Assembly (NCBI GenBank): GCA_951406725.2
Contig: OX597823.1
Location: 92,194,001-92,258,000, forward strand
Length of the DNA stretch: 64,000 nt
From: Octopus vulgaris
Lineage: Eukaryota
Direction: 5' to 3'
Part shown: one piece after another, positions 23,088-35,403 of the stretch
Layout of the letters: each line of letters begins with the position of its first letter
How positions within the stretch are numbered: position 1 is the stretch's first letter
The notes under the pieces: generated by a model
The model's input: only the letters and a program-made list of their open reading frames with translations
What the model was told of the DNA's origin: nothing
Database searches by the model: none
Translations under genes and position numbers: made by a program

Positions 23088-26010
23088 TATTAGAGACAAA
23101 ACCACTATTTTGCAAAACAAACAAGGAAAGACTTAATCAATACATAAAATTTTAATAAATAGTCAAAAAAACCGCCACTACAATTGTTTCTTGTCTTGAT
23201 CGACAATCTTCAGGTGGACTTCCAATCTAAAATATCAATATTTTAAAATATAAAAATAATAATTTTAAAATAATTAAAGTATGAATGAAAAAATATAAAT
23301 ATATAATCCATATATAACCTATATATAATCCATATATAATCAATATATAAACAATATATAAACTAAAATAAACCTATCAACAATTAAATATAAAATATAA
23401 AATATAAAATATAAAACAGAACAAAAAAATAATAATAATATAATAATAAACTATATATACACCCATACACATATACCTAATTATATATAACCATATCTAA
23501 CTACATACACTAAATCACACACCTATATATATATCCCTATACATACACATAAAAACGTCTAGGCAACTATAAATAAATAAAATAGCTAAATACTTCAACA
23601 CAATACTTATTCATACTCCCACACACACACACATACAACCCACATTCACGCTCTAGAAAACGGACATCACTTAAAATTATGAACGGAGAAATGGAATAAA
23701 TGGAATTAAAAATTATATTCACTTGGTAAAACGAATTGGGAATGGAATAGTGTAGTAGTAAGGCAGGCATCGAGAATAGATTTGGGTTACTGCAAGTTGT
23801 TTGTTAGAGCTGCTAAGATGAGCTAAAGCTCATAAATGTATATAATAATTTATTATTATGGTAGTTTTATTAAAGAATCCATTCATAATAAATTTTTTTT
23901 TTTTTTTAAGTAGTGATGGTTGGCCACGTGGATATAGTTTTTAGTTCCATTTATTCTATTTCTCCATTCATAATTTTAAATGACGTTTACTTTCCATGGC
24001 GCGTATTCTTTTTTTTTTTTTTTTTTTTTTACATAAGTTATATTTCTATGGTAACGTAATTTTGGTTTGATTTTTTTAACGGCTAAGAATTTAATTTCAC
24101 TTAATAATTTGAAACTGACTTGTAAGTATGTATTTTATTTCTCCTTATGTCATATTGTTATTTTTGATATTCTGGTTAATTACGATGTATTTAATGTTGT
24201 TTTTTATTGGAGTGTTTATGTATATGAGATTGTGTGTGACTTTTTAGTTGTATAATTTATTTATCTGTATGAGTGTGGGTGTGTAAATATTGTTGTATAT
24301 ATCGAGTTTAGTGAGTATGTATATGCGTATATTGAGGGAGTATATGTATCTGTTGTGTATGTGTGTTTTGCGTGTGTATGTGTTTGTGTGTGAATGTGTA
24401 TATGGGTTTGTTATTTAGGTTTTGGGATGTATGTGTTAATTTGTCTGTGTGGGGAGGGAGTGGGTTTTTGGTGTATATTGAGGTTTATAAGTTAGTATAG
24501 GTATGTGTATAAGTTGTGGGTCTGTGGTTTACGTGTGTGTTTTTTTGTGTGTGAATGTTTAGGTTAGGGGGATTGCTATATAGGTTTGTTATAGAGTTTA
24601 GCAAAGGGAGATTTTATCGTTATATGTTTTTAAGAGTTTTGGTTTATCATGGTTTTTTTTAGGGAATTCGTGGTAATTTGTCTATTTTCGATGTTGGTTG
24701 TTTTATTACATTGTTTCATTCATAATTTTTGAGTGGTGTTCGTTTTGCCACGTGAATATTATTTTTAATTCCATTTATTCCATTTCTCCATTCATTATTT
24801 TAAAGATGTTCGTTTCCAGAGCGGTTATATATTTTTTATACATATGTTAAGTTCCTTGGTAAAGTAATTTTGTTTGGTGTATATGTTGAGGCTTATATGT
24901 ACTTGTGGGTGTGTGTGAGTGGGGTGGGTGTTTGTATTTGTTATGGGTGTGTGGTTTACGTGTGTGTATTTGTGTGTGAATGTATAGGTTAAAGGGATTG
25001 CTATATAAGTATGTTATAGTGTTTAGTAAAGGGAGGTTTTATCATTTATGTTTTGTGAGTTTTAGCTTATCATGGTAGTTTTATAAAAGAATCGAATGTT
25101 TAGGTTAGGGGGATTGCTATATAGGTATGTTATAGAGTTTAGTAAAGGGAGATTTTATCAGATTTTTTATGAGTTTTGGTTTATCATGGTAGGTTTGTTA
25201 AGGAATTCGTAGTAATTTGTGTCTATTTGCGATGTCTGTTGTTTTATTGCATTGTTTCATTCATAATTTTTAAGTAGTGTTCGTTTTACCAAGTGAATAT
25301 AATTTTTAATTCCATTTATTCCATTTCTCCGTTCATAATTTTAAGTGATGTCCGTTTTCTAGAGCGTGAATGTGGGTTGTATGTGTGTGTGTGTGGGAGT
25401 ATGAATAAGTATTGTGTTGAAGTATTTAGCTATTTTATTTATTTATAGTTGCCTAGACGTTTTTATGTGTATGTATAGGGATATATATATAGGTGTGTGA
25501 TTTAGTGTATGTAGTTAGATATGGTTATATATAATTAGGTATATGTGTATGGGTGTATATATAGTTTATTATTATATTATTATTATTTTTTTGTTTTGTT
25601 TTATATTTTATATTTTATATTTTATATTTAATTGTTGATAGGTTTATTTTAGTTTATATATTGTTTATATATTGATTATATATGGATTATATATAGGTTA
25701 TATATGGATTATATATTTATATTTTTTAATTCATACTTTAATTATTTTAAAATTATTATTTTTATATTTTAAAATATTGATATTTTAGATTGGAAGTCCA
25801 CCTGAAGATTGTCGATCAAGACAAGAAACAATTGTAGTGGCGGTTTTTTTGACTATTTATTAAAATTTTATGTATTGATTAAGTCTTTCCTTGTTTGTTT
25901 TGCAAAATAGTGGTTTTGTCTCTAATAATATTTTATAATATTTTACTATAAAATTGGATTTAATCCTAAATCTGATTTTTTCCCTGTAAATTTGGATTTA
26001 TTCCCTAATA
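23078..26010 (+). mobile_element. Penelope-like element with 658-bp inverted terminal arms
   Basis: 23078-23735 is the reverse complement of 25280-25937; hammerhead in each arm; ~70-bp 3' extension; both ends in (TA)n. Confidence 0.8.
25798..25840 (+). ncRNA. canonical minimal type I hammerhead ribozyme (mirror copy 23175-23217, minus)
   Basis: CCAC-CUGAAGA-UUGUC(GAUCAA)GACAA-GAAA-C(AAUU)G-UA^GUGG; palindromic ACAAUUGU stem III. Confidence 0.88.
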
Positions 26011-26018
26011 TTTATTAT

Positions 26019-26075
<57 letters not shown>

Positions 26076-26076
<1 letters not shown>

Positions 26077-26262
26077 GGGAGAGTTTCTGAAAAATACAAA
26101 AGACCAAGACAGGTGGTGTACAAAACAAACAGATGTATTAGTATAACGCTCAGGAATAGAAAAAGTCTTTAACGTTTCGAGCCTACGCTCTTCTACGGAA
26201 AGGGAAAGAAAAAACAAGGAGAGTAAAAAATGCGTGTAGTCGCTAGCGATCTATCATGCTAA
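26076..26262 (-). mobile_element. PLE pLTR fragment (12145 family) with CCGUAGA hammerhead at 26167-26202
   Basis: Aligns with 12150-12355 and 42040-42232. Confidence 0.75.
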
Positions 26263-26289
26263 TCTATATATATATATAGGATGGATACT

Positions 26290-26570
26290 TGCAGAGGAAG
26301 TGACGTGATCTGGGATCGTGTGCTGGAACGAAAACAATTGCAGCATGGAAATTGTTTATAAGTCTTTTAAGAAACACAAAAAACCGTCAGATTCACTTGA
26401 ACATTTAGATTCAATTTGCCAAAATATTTTCTTCGCGACCTGTTCGCTGACAAAAGTCCGTGAAGTCTCAAAGCGACGAAAATATTTTGGCAAATTAAAT
26501 TTTAATATTAAAATGAATCTATTAGTTTTTGTCTGTTTCTAAATGGCTTATAAACACCTCCCACGCTTGC
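26290..26570. repeat. dispersed repeat with internal inversion; related to 1-100 and 450-550
   Basis: GATCGTGTGCTG head shared with position 23; ATTTGCCAAAATATTTTC and GAAAATATTTTGGCAAAT arms. Confidence 0.55.
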
Positions 26571-26573
26571 TTT

Positions 26574-26679
<106 letters not shown>

Positions 26680-27029
26680 CCTTCATCAATGTGCTTTTGA
26701 AACTTTTGCAAATGTCACACACGCATAAATATGCAGTGTGCGTGCGTGTGTGTGTGTGTTTATGTGGTGTTGGCTAAAATACATGGACGATAGAGATAAT
26801 CTGTGAGAAGTCCCTTGAGATATCCTCACACTATCGAGTTACATAATTCCATTTGTCATGCTTTCTGTCAGAAAGGCAGTAGCCCAGTGATTGTTCTGTT
26901 GGTAACATGAACTCAGTATCCAAAGATAATAATGTTCGCTAATTGGGATATATATAAATATAAATATTAAATAAAAACTAATGTATAAAGGGCAAACAAA
27001 AATATATTAATAGCAAAATATAGTACATA

Positions 27030-27104
27030 CGAGGTCTGATCAGTAAGTATCCGGTATTATGGAAGGATAGGAAAATATTTGATTCATAAGCCCCTAAAAT
27101 TCAC

Positions 27105-27136
<32 letters not shown>

Positions 27137-27790
27137 TAATAATAATAATAATAATAATAATGATGATGATGATGATAATAATATTAACATCGAAAAATAC
27201 CTTAGGAATGAGAACCTGATGAAGGCTGGAGGGTATATCAGCCGAAACGTTTTGTTAACAACAAACAAGATGTGGACAAATATCCGTCAAATAATGAAAA
27301 TAATATAAAGAAGTGCATTCAGCTGTGATAAGAAATCGTTGAATTACCATCTGTGAGATATCAGAGGATGTGCAGATTAATTACGGGTCAGTTCTGTCCA
27401 TTATCACTGAAGAATTGTTTATGAGACGCGTGTCTGCCAAGATTGTGCTAAAAATGCTTTCAGCTGACCAAAAAGACACTCGAGTTTTAGTTGAAGAAAA
27501 TCTTGATTGTGTCGAGAACAATGAAAACTTTTTGAAAACTTTGTGTAGGCCTCTGAGCAGGTATCGCAAAGCGTTAGGCAAACATTGATGCAGATTTTCT
27601 GTCATAGTCAATGCGACGATCGCACGCTACACACCTTCCTTCCAAGCACCGCTGTAAACAGCAGTAATGAGCTAGAACGTTAAAACTTAATGCACATGCA
27701 CAGCGATGTTCAATGTCAATCTGCACTAAGTGGCTTTATTCTGAGTGCTTCAGCTTCTTTACAGTCCGGATATTTATTGATCAGACTACG
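27030..27790 (+). mobile_element. decayed mariner-like element
   Basis: TIRs CGAGGTCTGATCAGTAAGTATCCGG and CCGGATATTTATTGATCAGACTACG, TA flanks; INYGSVLSIITEELFMRRVSAKIVLKMLS is a mariner HTH/WVP-region remnant. Confidence 0.85.
27095..27305 (+). mobile_element. second copy of the hammerhead-tailed element, nested in the mariner
   Basis: (AAT)n-CATCGAAAAATACCTTAGGAATGAGAAC-CTGATGAAGGCTGGAGGGTATATCAGCCGAAACG matches 21518-21650. Confidence 0.85.
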
Positions 27791-28687
27791 TATGTATGAC
27801 CTCACGGAGATTTGCCGCATATCGGGAGGGTCACTCTGCCGCCAATAAGCACATCCACTGGTTCAGTTTCACTTATTGGTTAGCTTTTGAAAGAGTAACC
27901 TTATCCAGTAGTTGAGTAATCATTTTCTTTATCAGCTCTCTTTGTCAAAGTCCTTTCGTTACTATCTGTAAACCTGTCGTTGTGGTGCCCTGACTCATCG
28001 AGGCTCGATTCAAATGTATCTGAATACGAAAGTACCATGAAAAGCATAATCGATTGGTTGAGAGATCGTTTCAATGGTTAAATATTTTAGCAATTAACAA
28101 ATAAAACTAAGAAGAGAAATATTATCAGCGCGTTTGTTCATTATTGGCACTATGACCGTCCTCAGTTACAACCAAATATATTTGGACATAAGAATTCATA
28201 TTAAAGATCTGTCAAACCAAATACAAAAAGGAAACAATCCGAGATAATGAGCAGAGGAATTTATTCATATAGCCATTCACAACGAAAACAATGAGACACT
28301 TCGGATAGAGGCATTGTAATGAACGTGAATTTTGCATTTATCATTTGTGCATCTTTTTGGGAGAATTCATAAGACTTGAATTCTTTAATGGGGATTATCT
28401 CCTATGAATTCTGTCATCATAAATTCTTCGGATGCTTCTTAGTTCAATCTGCTGCAAGTTATCGGACTGCTGCTATGCCTGGGCATCGTCTTCAAGGTTT
28501 AAATGAAACAAAGCGACCACAGTATTTTTTGTGTGAAGTTAGTTTCGTATTTTATCGGTTCTCTTTTGTAGAAGTGCTCAATTACGGGAAATAAACAAAC
28601 TAACACCGGTCATCAGCAAGATGTGGAGGGGACGCAAGCACAAGCATAAGTAAAGACACATACACATATATTATATACATATATGTA

Positions 28688-28753
<66 letters not shown>

Positions 28754-29895
28754 TTCAAGGAGATATATATATATATTTGAAAAGGCATTTCTATCCACTA
28801 ATATTTCAGGCTAGTGTTTAGGGTGATGTAAACGCCGTCGTTAGATCGTGGCTTCAGTTTCCAGACCAGGCGGGGTGTTGTCTTCTTCAGCAAAACACTA
28901 CATTTCACGTTGGTCTTATGCTGTTTGCAGACAGGTATATCTAAGAATAGACCCAACGTTTCCACTACGTATTGCAAGAAGCAACTAACAGAAATTGGGG
29001 TAGGATTTGCACTCCGACCTCATAAAACCCTCGTCGGCAGCAACTACTCAAAACAGACCCATGGGTCGGAGGGTTTTCGTCTGAGCGGTGCAAAGTTATG
29101 CTCTGCCAGTAGTAGCGAATCACTAACAAATGCCAGATGCCATAAGGCACTGTGGTAGCGCATACCTCCCATCCTGCCTCTGCTGCTACTGCTGCTGCTG
29201 CTGCTCCAACTACAACAACTACTACTACTACTACTACAACTACTTATCGGTTGTCGTCTTCTCGTAGCGCCCTAGCTCCCGCAATATAATTTTATGTCGA
29301 CGATGATAACAATTACTTCATATCCTACTTCATTTCATGTCCTTTCGACAGTTGGGTAGTTTCTGCGGATCAAGATGTCTTATCCGCTCCAACATCCAAA
29401 TGTATCTTATATCTACATCATATTCTCTAAGCAATCATAATGGTAAATATATTCCATTGATGTGGTCTCTTGGATGAAGAATTTTGAGAGGCGAAGCGTT
29501 TACATTGTGTTTCTATTCAGTTGGCATAAATTCCTCTCAGGACCAGCATTCTACTTTGAAGCTGTCACAATCCTGATGGCACCAATTCAATTACTGGTGT
29601 TCAACTCTGAATTTACGATTACTTTTACATGCGATAGAATTACTATTCCAATCTCTATGGCTCTCGCTCATATTAAGGTGTTTATTTCCGTTCTCTCCTC
29701 ATCGTCAATGCGGTTATCATCGATTATACATTTTTGCTATCAAATTACATCCTACTAATTTCACTGTTTTACTTGGCAGTTCAAAGTTATTAATTTAATT
29801 GTTTTCTTTATATCATATACTTATCAGTCAACATACATACATACATAAACACATACATACGTTCGCACAAACACACACATATACATCTACATAAA

Positions 29896-29952
<57 letters not shown>

Positions 29953-30424
29953 AAAAAATGAAGTTCGAAAATGCTGCTGTATTATACAATTTTTAATTTT
30001 TATATATACATTATAACATGTTTCAGTTCCTGAAATGAACCTTATCAAAAAAAGTTATATATAAAAAAAGACAGCTCATGCCGTCAAACACAAGAAATTC
30101 ATTTATAATACACAACGGAGTCAGACATCTTAGAGTTCATGTATAGTTTATATATAGTTCATGTATAGTTGATATATAGTTTGAAGTATATGTTCAAAGT
30201 GTTCGATGCAGTGGCCCACGGTGGCGATACGTATTCAATACAAAAAATAGATCAAAGTGGTGGAAAGCGGTCAATACAGAAGATTGATGTTTCCGAAAGA
30301 GCGAGGAATTCATTTTTACCTTAAGCAATTGTGATGACCCATGGTGGATGTTCGCTGGGTGGTTCTAGTGAGTTTTTGTGAAGTGCTCGGTTTTATAATG
30401 CCTGTTAGGTGGTCAATCCAGCGT

Positions 30425-30860
30425 AACGTGACGTCATCAACGTTTTGACCAATCGTTTCGTTAGGTGGCTTTAGTCAAGTAGAACGGGACGTCATCATTA
30501 TTTTGACCAATCGCTGCATTATAACTGCCTCTTGTTTGTTTCCTATTTTGACCAGTCGCTTCGTTAGTCAAGTAGAACGGGACGTCATCATTATTTTGAC
30601 CAATCGCTGCATTATAACTGCCTCTTGTTTGTTTCCTGTTTTGACCAGTCGCTTCGTTAGTCAAGCAGAACGGGACGTCATCCAGATTCTGCCCAATCAC
30701 GACTTATAGCTACATTAGATCTGCCCCCTGTCTGTACTTGTTAGGTGACTAGTCAAGCAGAAAAGGACGTCATCAATATTCTGACTAATGACTGTCCCCT
30801 GTTTGTATCCTGTCCATTCTAGCAGAGCTAGACGTCATCAACTTGTTGACCAATCAGAAT
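30425..30860. repeat. 93-bp minisatellite with GACGTCA and CCAAT motifs
   Basis: Units start at 30471, 30564 and 30657, with diverged flanking units. Confidence 0.85.
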
Positions 30861-30944
30861 CGGGTCTGACCCTTATATACATAAATCTGCATATATATAA
30901 TATATATATACGTAATATATATATATATATATACATAAATCTGC

Positions 30945-31044
<100 letters not shown>

Positions 31045-32479
31045 TATGTTGGCACAAGACGTCACAAAACAGATGTGCAACAAAGCACACGAAGTACGAG
31101 TACATGGAATATGAACTATAAAGAACAACATAAAGAACAACCCTTTAGCAGTTTTGGTTGGTTTTCTACTCTCGTGTTTCAATCGTTTGACAACATGATA
31201 CGCATTCAATAAAACAATTGCTTCCGCAAACCAAATTAAATAAAATTTAGGATTTTGCGGAGGGTCAATATAGGTAACACAAACAGAACATTGAAAACAA
31301 ACAGGAAGGGCTGCTAAGCCTCAACGAGATTGTGGTGGCGAACGCGTAAAACACATCTTCCTTGATCCAGCTACAACGGAGAAGAAACATGGCCGATGGT
31401 CACGTGGGAGTCACGTGAGCAAGAGAAAAAGAGTGACGGAGAGAGTGACAAACAGAGAACTGTGAAGGGGAGAGAAAAATTGGGATGTAGAAGGGGAGAA
31501 GGGGATGTAGAAGAATAAGAGATAAAAACGAAAGAGGAATAGGATAGAATAATAGGAAAAGAGTAGGTAAAAGAATAAGAGAGAGAAAGAGAGAAAAACA
31601 AAAGAGTAAAAATATCGTAAAGAGTGCGCATCAGAATTATTAAGATACTGTTGTGTCTCGGAAGATTCATTCTCTGTTGGTGTCTTATAATTTAACACAC
31701 TCACCGGTAAAGTTTCTACTCATTTATTTTTCTAAAATGTCCGTTGCGTCTTGCAAACTTTTCAATAAGTATTGACTCTGTCCGTTATCTGAGCTGTATT
31801 CTTTTTGTTTATTTGTACGCATGTGTGTGGGTTAGTGTGCGTACGCATACACATGTCTGTTTGTCTGTCTGTCTGTCTGTATGTATGTATGTATGTATGT
31901 ATGCATGTACACCGCTAACAGTTTAGCCTCGTGCAATGGCCATACTCGATAACGAGGGGGCAGCCATCATGTATGTATGTATGTATGTATGTATGTATGC
32001 ATGTATGTATGCATGCAGGTAAGTGTGTGTATTCAGGTATTTTTATGTGTGTGCACGTTTGTATATATATGTGTGCGTACGTTTCTATGTATGTATTTTG
32101 CATATTCATGTGTGTTTTTATGTTCGTGCTTGTGTGCGTGTGTACCCCTGTCTCCTTCTGTATGCATATCTGAGTGTGTGTACGGGTTTTTGTGACTATG
32201 TACTGTGTCTGTAAATATGGATGTGTATCTCCATATGTGTGGATGTGTGTGTGTCTCCATCTATCCTTTTGTGAAGTGAAGTGTGTGTATATGCTTATGT
32301 GTTTCAGTCTTCAGTTGCGTATATGTGGTTGTCTGTTCATGTTACCTATGTGTCTATCCATCTATACGTCTATCTGTTGACGTTCATATCCATTTGCCTA
32401 CATATATGTACACATATATATACACATACACACACACACACACATAAATGCACATCTACATAATAACCCACTAAATATT

Positions 32480-33050
32480 CTACCTGCATATAAATACAAA
32501 CTGTGGGTATAAGGGTATGGTTATCAACTGCGTATATTTCCTATTTAGTACTGGGGTCGTTTCATTTATAAGGATCTTCTCCTGTATTTGTCTGAGAATT
32601 GGGTCCTGTGGATGCTTGAAGTAAATGCGGATGTCAAGTTGACCCAAGTTGTCTCCATGTTTGTAGCGTATAGAAAACTGATTTTCGTTGTCATATTGTC
32701 TCAAATGGTCATTTAGTCTTTCCGCAATGCTTCTAGATGTCTCACCTTTGTATGTTATGTTTCTGTCTTTACAAGAAAATTCTATGCACATTATGCTGTA
32801 GACTACATTTCTAGTTCTACAGCTATTGCCAGGGCTAATCCTACATACAATGCAGTTAACACTGGTGCATATGGTATTCTCAAATGGGTGCGCCCTATAT
32901 AGTTGTGATCTGATGGAGTTTCCTGGCTTTTCAACAATCTTAATGTTGAGTTTGGTGTCCTTCAGAACTTTCCTAAATCTATGAGCTAGTTCTCAATTGG
33001 CTGTAGCCTCTACAAACATCACTCCTTGATATGTGTCAGTTTTATACCAT
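32480..33050 (-). pseudogene. Penelope-like (Naiad-like) linker and GIY-YIG endonuclease fragment
   Basis: VMFVEATAN*ELA...IKIVEKPGNSI...HPF...CTSVNCIVC...CRTRNVVYSIMC...YKGETSRSIAERLNDH. Confidence 0.8.
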
Positions 33051-33456
33051 GTGTACACCCTGTATAACACGTGTTAACACACACACACACACAGATGTGA
33101 GTATGTGCGTGTGTGTGTGTGTGTATGAGATTTAGAAGTATATTACACAGTATATAAGAATATCCAATGAAAATAACTCTATGCTAAAGGGGAAGTAATC
33201 CAGACCAAAACCAAAGAATGTGACATTTGAACGTCCGTCGATTCCATGTTGTAGTTGAAGCATATATTTTCTCAGTTGCTTCTCCTGTTCTTTGATGGAC
33301 ACTGTACATCTTGTACAGCTATGATTACGTGCATTCTCTTCCCCCTTAAATCTCCGCTGTATTTTGAAAACGTGTGTTTATCTGAGACTACATTACCCAA
33401 TGTGCTCTTTCTTCTTTAAGAGAATGATTAACATTTAAGAGAATAAGTAACATAGG

Positions 33457-33618
33457 GACAGGCGTGGCTGTGTCGTAAGAAGCTTGTTTTCTAACCTCAT
33501 GGTTCTGAGTTCAGTCCCACTGTGTGCCTAACTTGGGAATGTGTCTCTTCTACTATATCCTCGGGCTGAAGAAAACCTTGTGAGTGGATTTGATAGATGG
33601 AGACTGAAAGAAGCCCGT

Positions 33619-33682
<64 letters not shown>

Positions 33683-33730
33683 GGTGCCGCAGTTAAATGA
33701 CTCAAACATTGAATAAAAGAATGAAAGAAT
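33457..33730 (+). mobile_element. CORE-like SINE, internally deleted
   Basis: GGCGTGGCTGTGTCGTAAG head; tail GCCGCAGTTAAATGACT. Confidence 0.75.
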
Positions 33731-34094
33731 TATCATTTAAGAACACCATTAATGGCGAATACTGTTTCCTTCACATCAGTCATGATGTTATGGTCTTCGA
33801 GTTTTCGTTTCATTCACTGATTATATAAATCATGAAGTGCAAAATTATATCTATTGTTTACTTGCTCCAATCATTGGACTGTAGCCATACTGTATCATCG
33901 TCTTGAAGGGATTTTGCTGAACGAATCGCCCCTAGTACTAAATTTCTGAGGTCTGGAACTTGTTCTATCGTATTCTTTTACCAAATCACTAAATTATGTA
34001 CGTATATAAGTATACACACACACACACACGACGAATTTCTTTCTCTTTCCGTCTGTCAAATCTATTCCCCAGGTTTTTGATTTTGTTTTTTTTT

Positions 34095-34460
34095 ATCGAG
34101 GTATCATCCAATCAGGTTGATAGCCCGGGCCAGCCTGATTACCCCTCTTCAGCTTGACACCGAATATCGTCTGCAGGGTGTTGTATATACGTCTTCCCTG
34201 GTCTTCCAGCCGTCGTGGTCCTATGATTTGGTGTCCACAGCAATACATTACTCACAAATTCTTCTTTACTTCTCCAGCAGTGGCCAGCAAACCTTAATCT
34301 TCGCTCTTCGATGGTTGATGAGGAAGTTGGTACATTCCCATATAACCATTGTTTTTGATTGGTCTGGGTTAAAGGAAACATTTTCCGAAGTTGCCACGAC
34401 TGGGACTAAACTCAGCACCATGGTTTCGGAACGGAATTTTACGAGTGCATCTTTCTTATA
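34095..34460 (-). mobile_element. RTE-clade LINE 3' fragment
   Basis: LYGNVP...RRLRFAGHCWRSKEE...LLWTP...GRP. Confidence 0.8.
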
Positions 34461-35403
34461 AATCCCTGATTTACGTCGGACAAACTAATCACTTTTCGTG
34501 TCTTCCAGATCTTTACGCTGTTAGTTTAAACATTCCCGAAATCAACTTTGCTATCCATCTTCCCTTGTCGATTAAAATAAATAACGAATCAAATACTGGT
34601 GCCAATATAATCATCATCTCCCTCTCTTCAAAGAATTCCTAGCCTTCTGCTTGAATCAGAAAATATTATTAGCATTACATACATCAACGTTCAGAATCGC
34701 TAAAAGCATTTTTAGAGTGTTTGTATTTTCACTGAGTTCCTGTTTTTTTTTTATTCCATTCGGAATAGTCTTTACAAGTTAGAACGAATGTTATTCTCTG
34801 CCTAAAAATTGTACAGCCACGCTACTTTCATAATTTAAAGACATTTACAGTCGTTAATTTGATTTGGCAGCCCTGGGTGGTGAACCAATTGACACAGTGC
34901 TATCGTTAATTCACATTTGGTATTCTCTTGACACACAGAAACAGCAGAATTTGGAGCATATTTTGATAAACGAGGTTAATTTCTCTGGTTTAGGCTGATA
35001 TCCCTAATTGGACAGTCGACTCTTCATACAGCTATGTTTATTACATCGATTGCTAGCAGTGGTTTATTATTATTATCATTATTAGGCGGCGGAGTGAAAG
35101 GCAAAGTCGACCTCGGCAGAATTTGAGCTCAGAACGTAACGGCAGACGAAATACGAATTTCTTTATTGCCCACCGGGGGCCAAACATAGATATGGACAGT
35201 ACAACTGATGGGATCAGTGAATCGATATGATTTTACATAAATGTGACATCAAAAATAAAATACAATACATAAAAATCGAATGGAATACACAGTACAAAAA
35301 CAAAACAAATGAAGCGATGATCAAGTTACGCTCCGATCCCACAAGCCCCGACCTACCGCTGATACCTTTTTATTTTTCCTTTTTTTTTTTTTTCCTCGTC
35401 TAT

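Noticed and set aside
27895-28040. Possible minus-strand exon (DTFESSLDESGHHNDRF...)
   Set aside because: It is short, has no recognisable homology and has no partner exons.
30425-30860. CRISPR-like array or 31-aa repeat protein
   Set aside because: The sequence between motifs is itself repeated, the context is eukaryotic, there are no cas genes and the ORFs are short.
32993-32995. In-frame TGA as selenocysteine in the Naiad-like fragment
   Set aside because: It falls outside the Cys motifs at a position I would expect to be Gly/Ser, and I could not identify a SECIS; decay is more likely.
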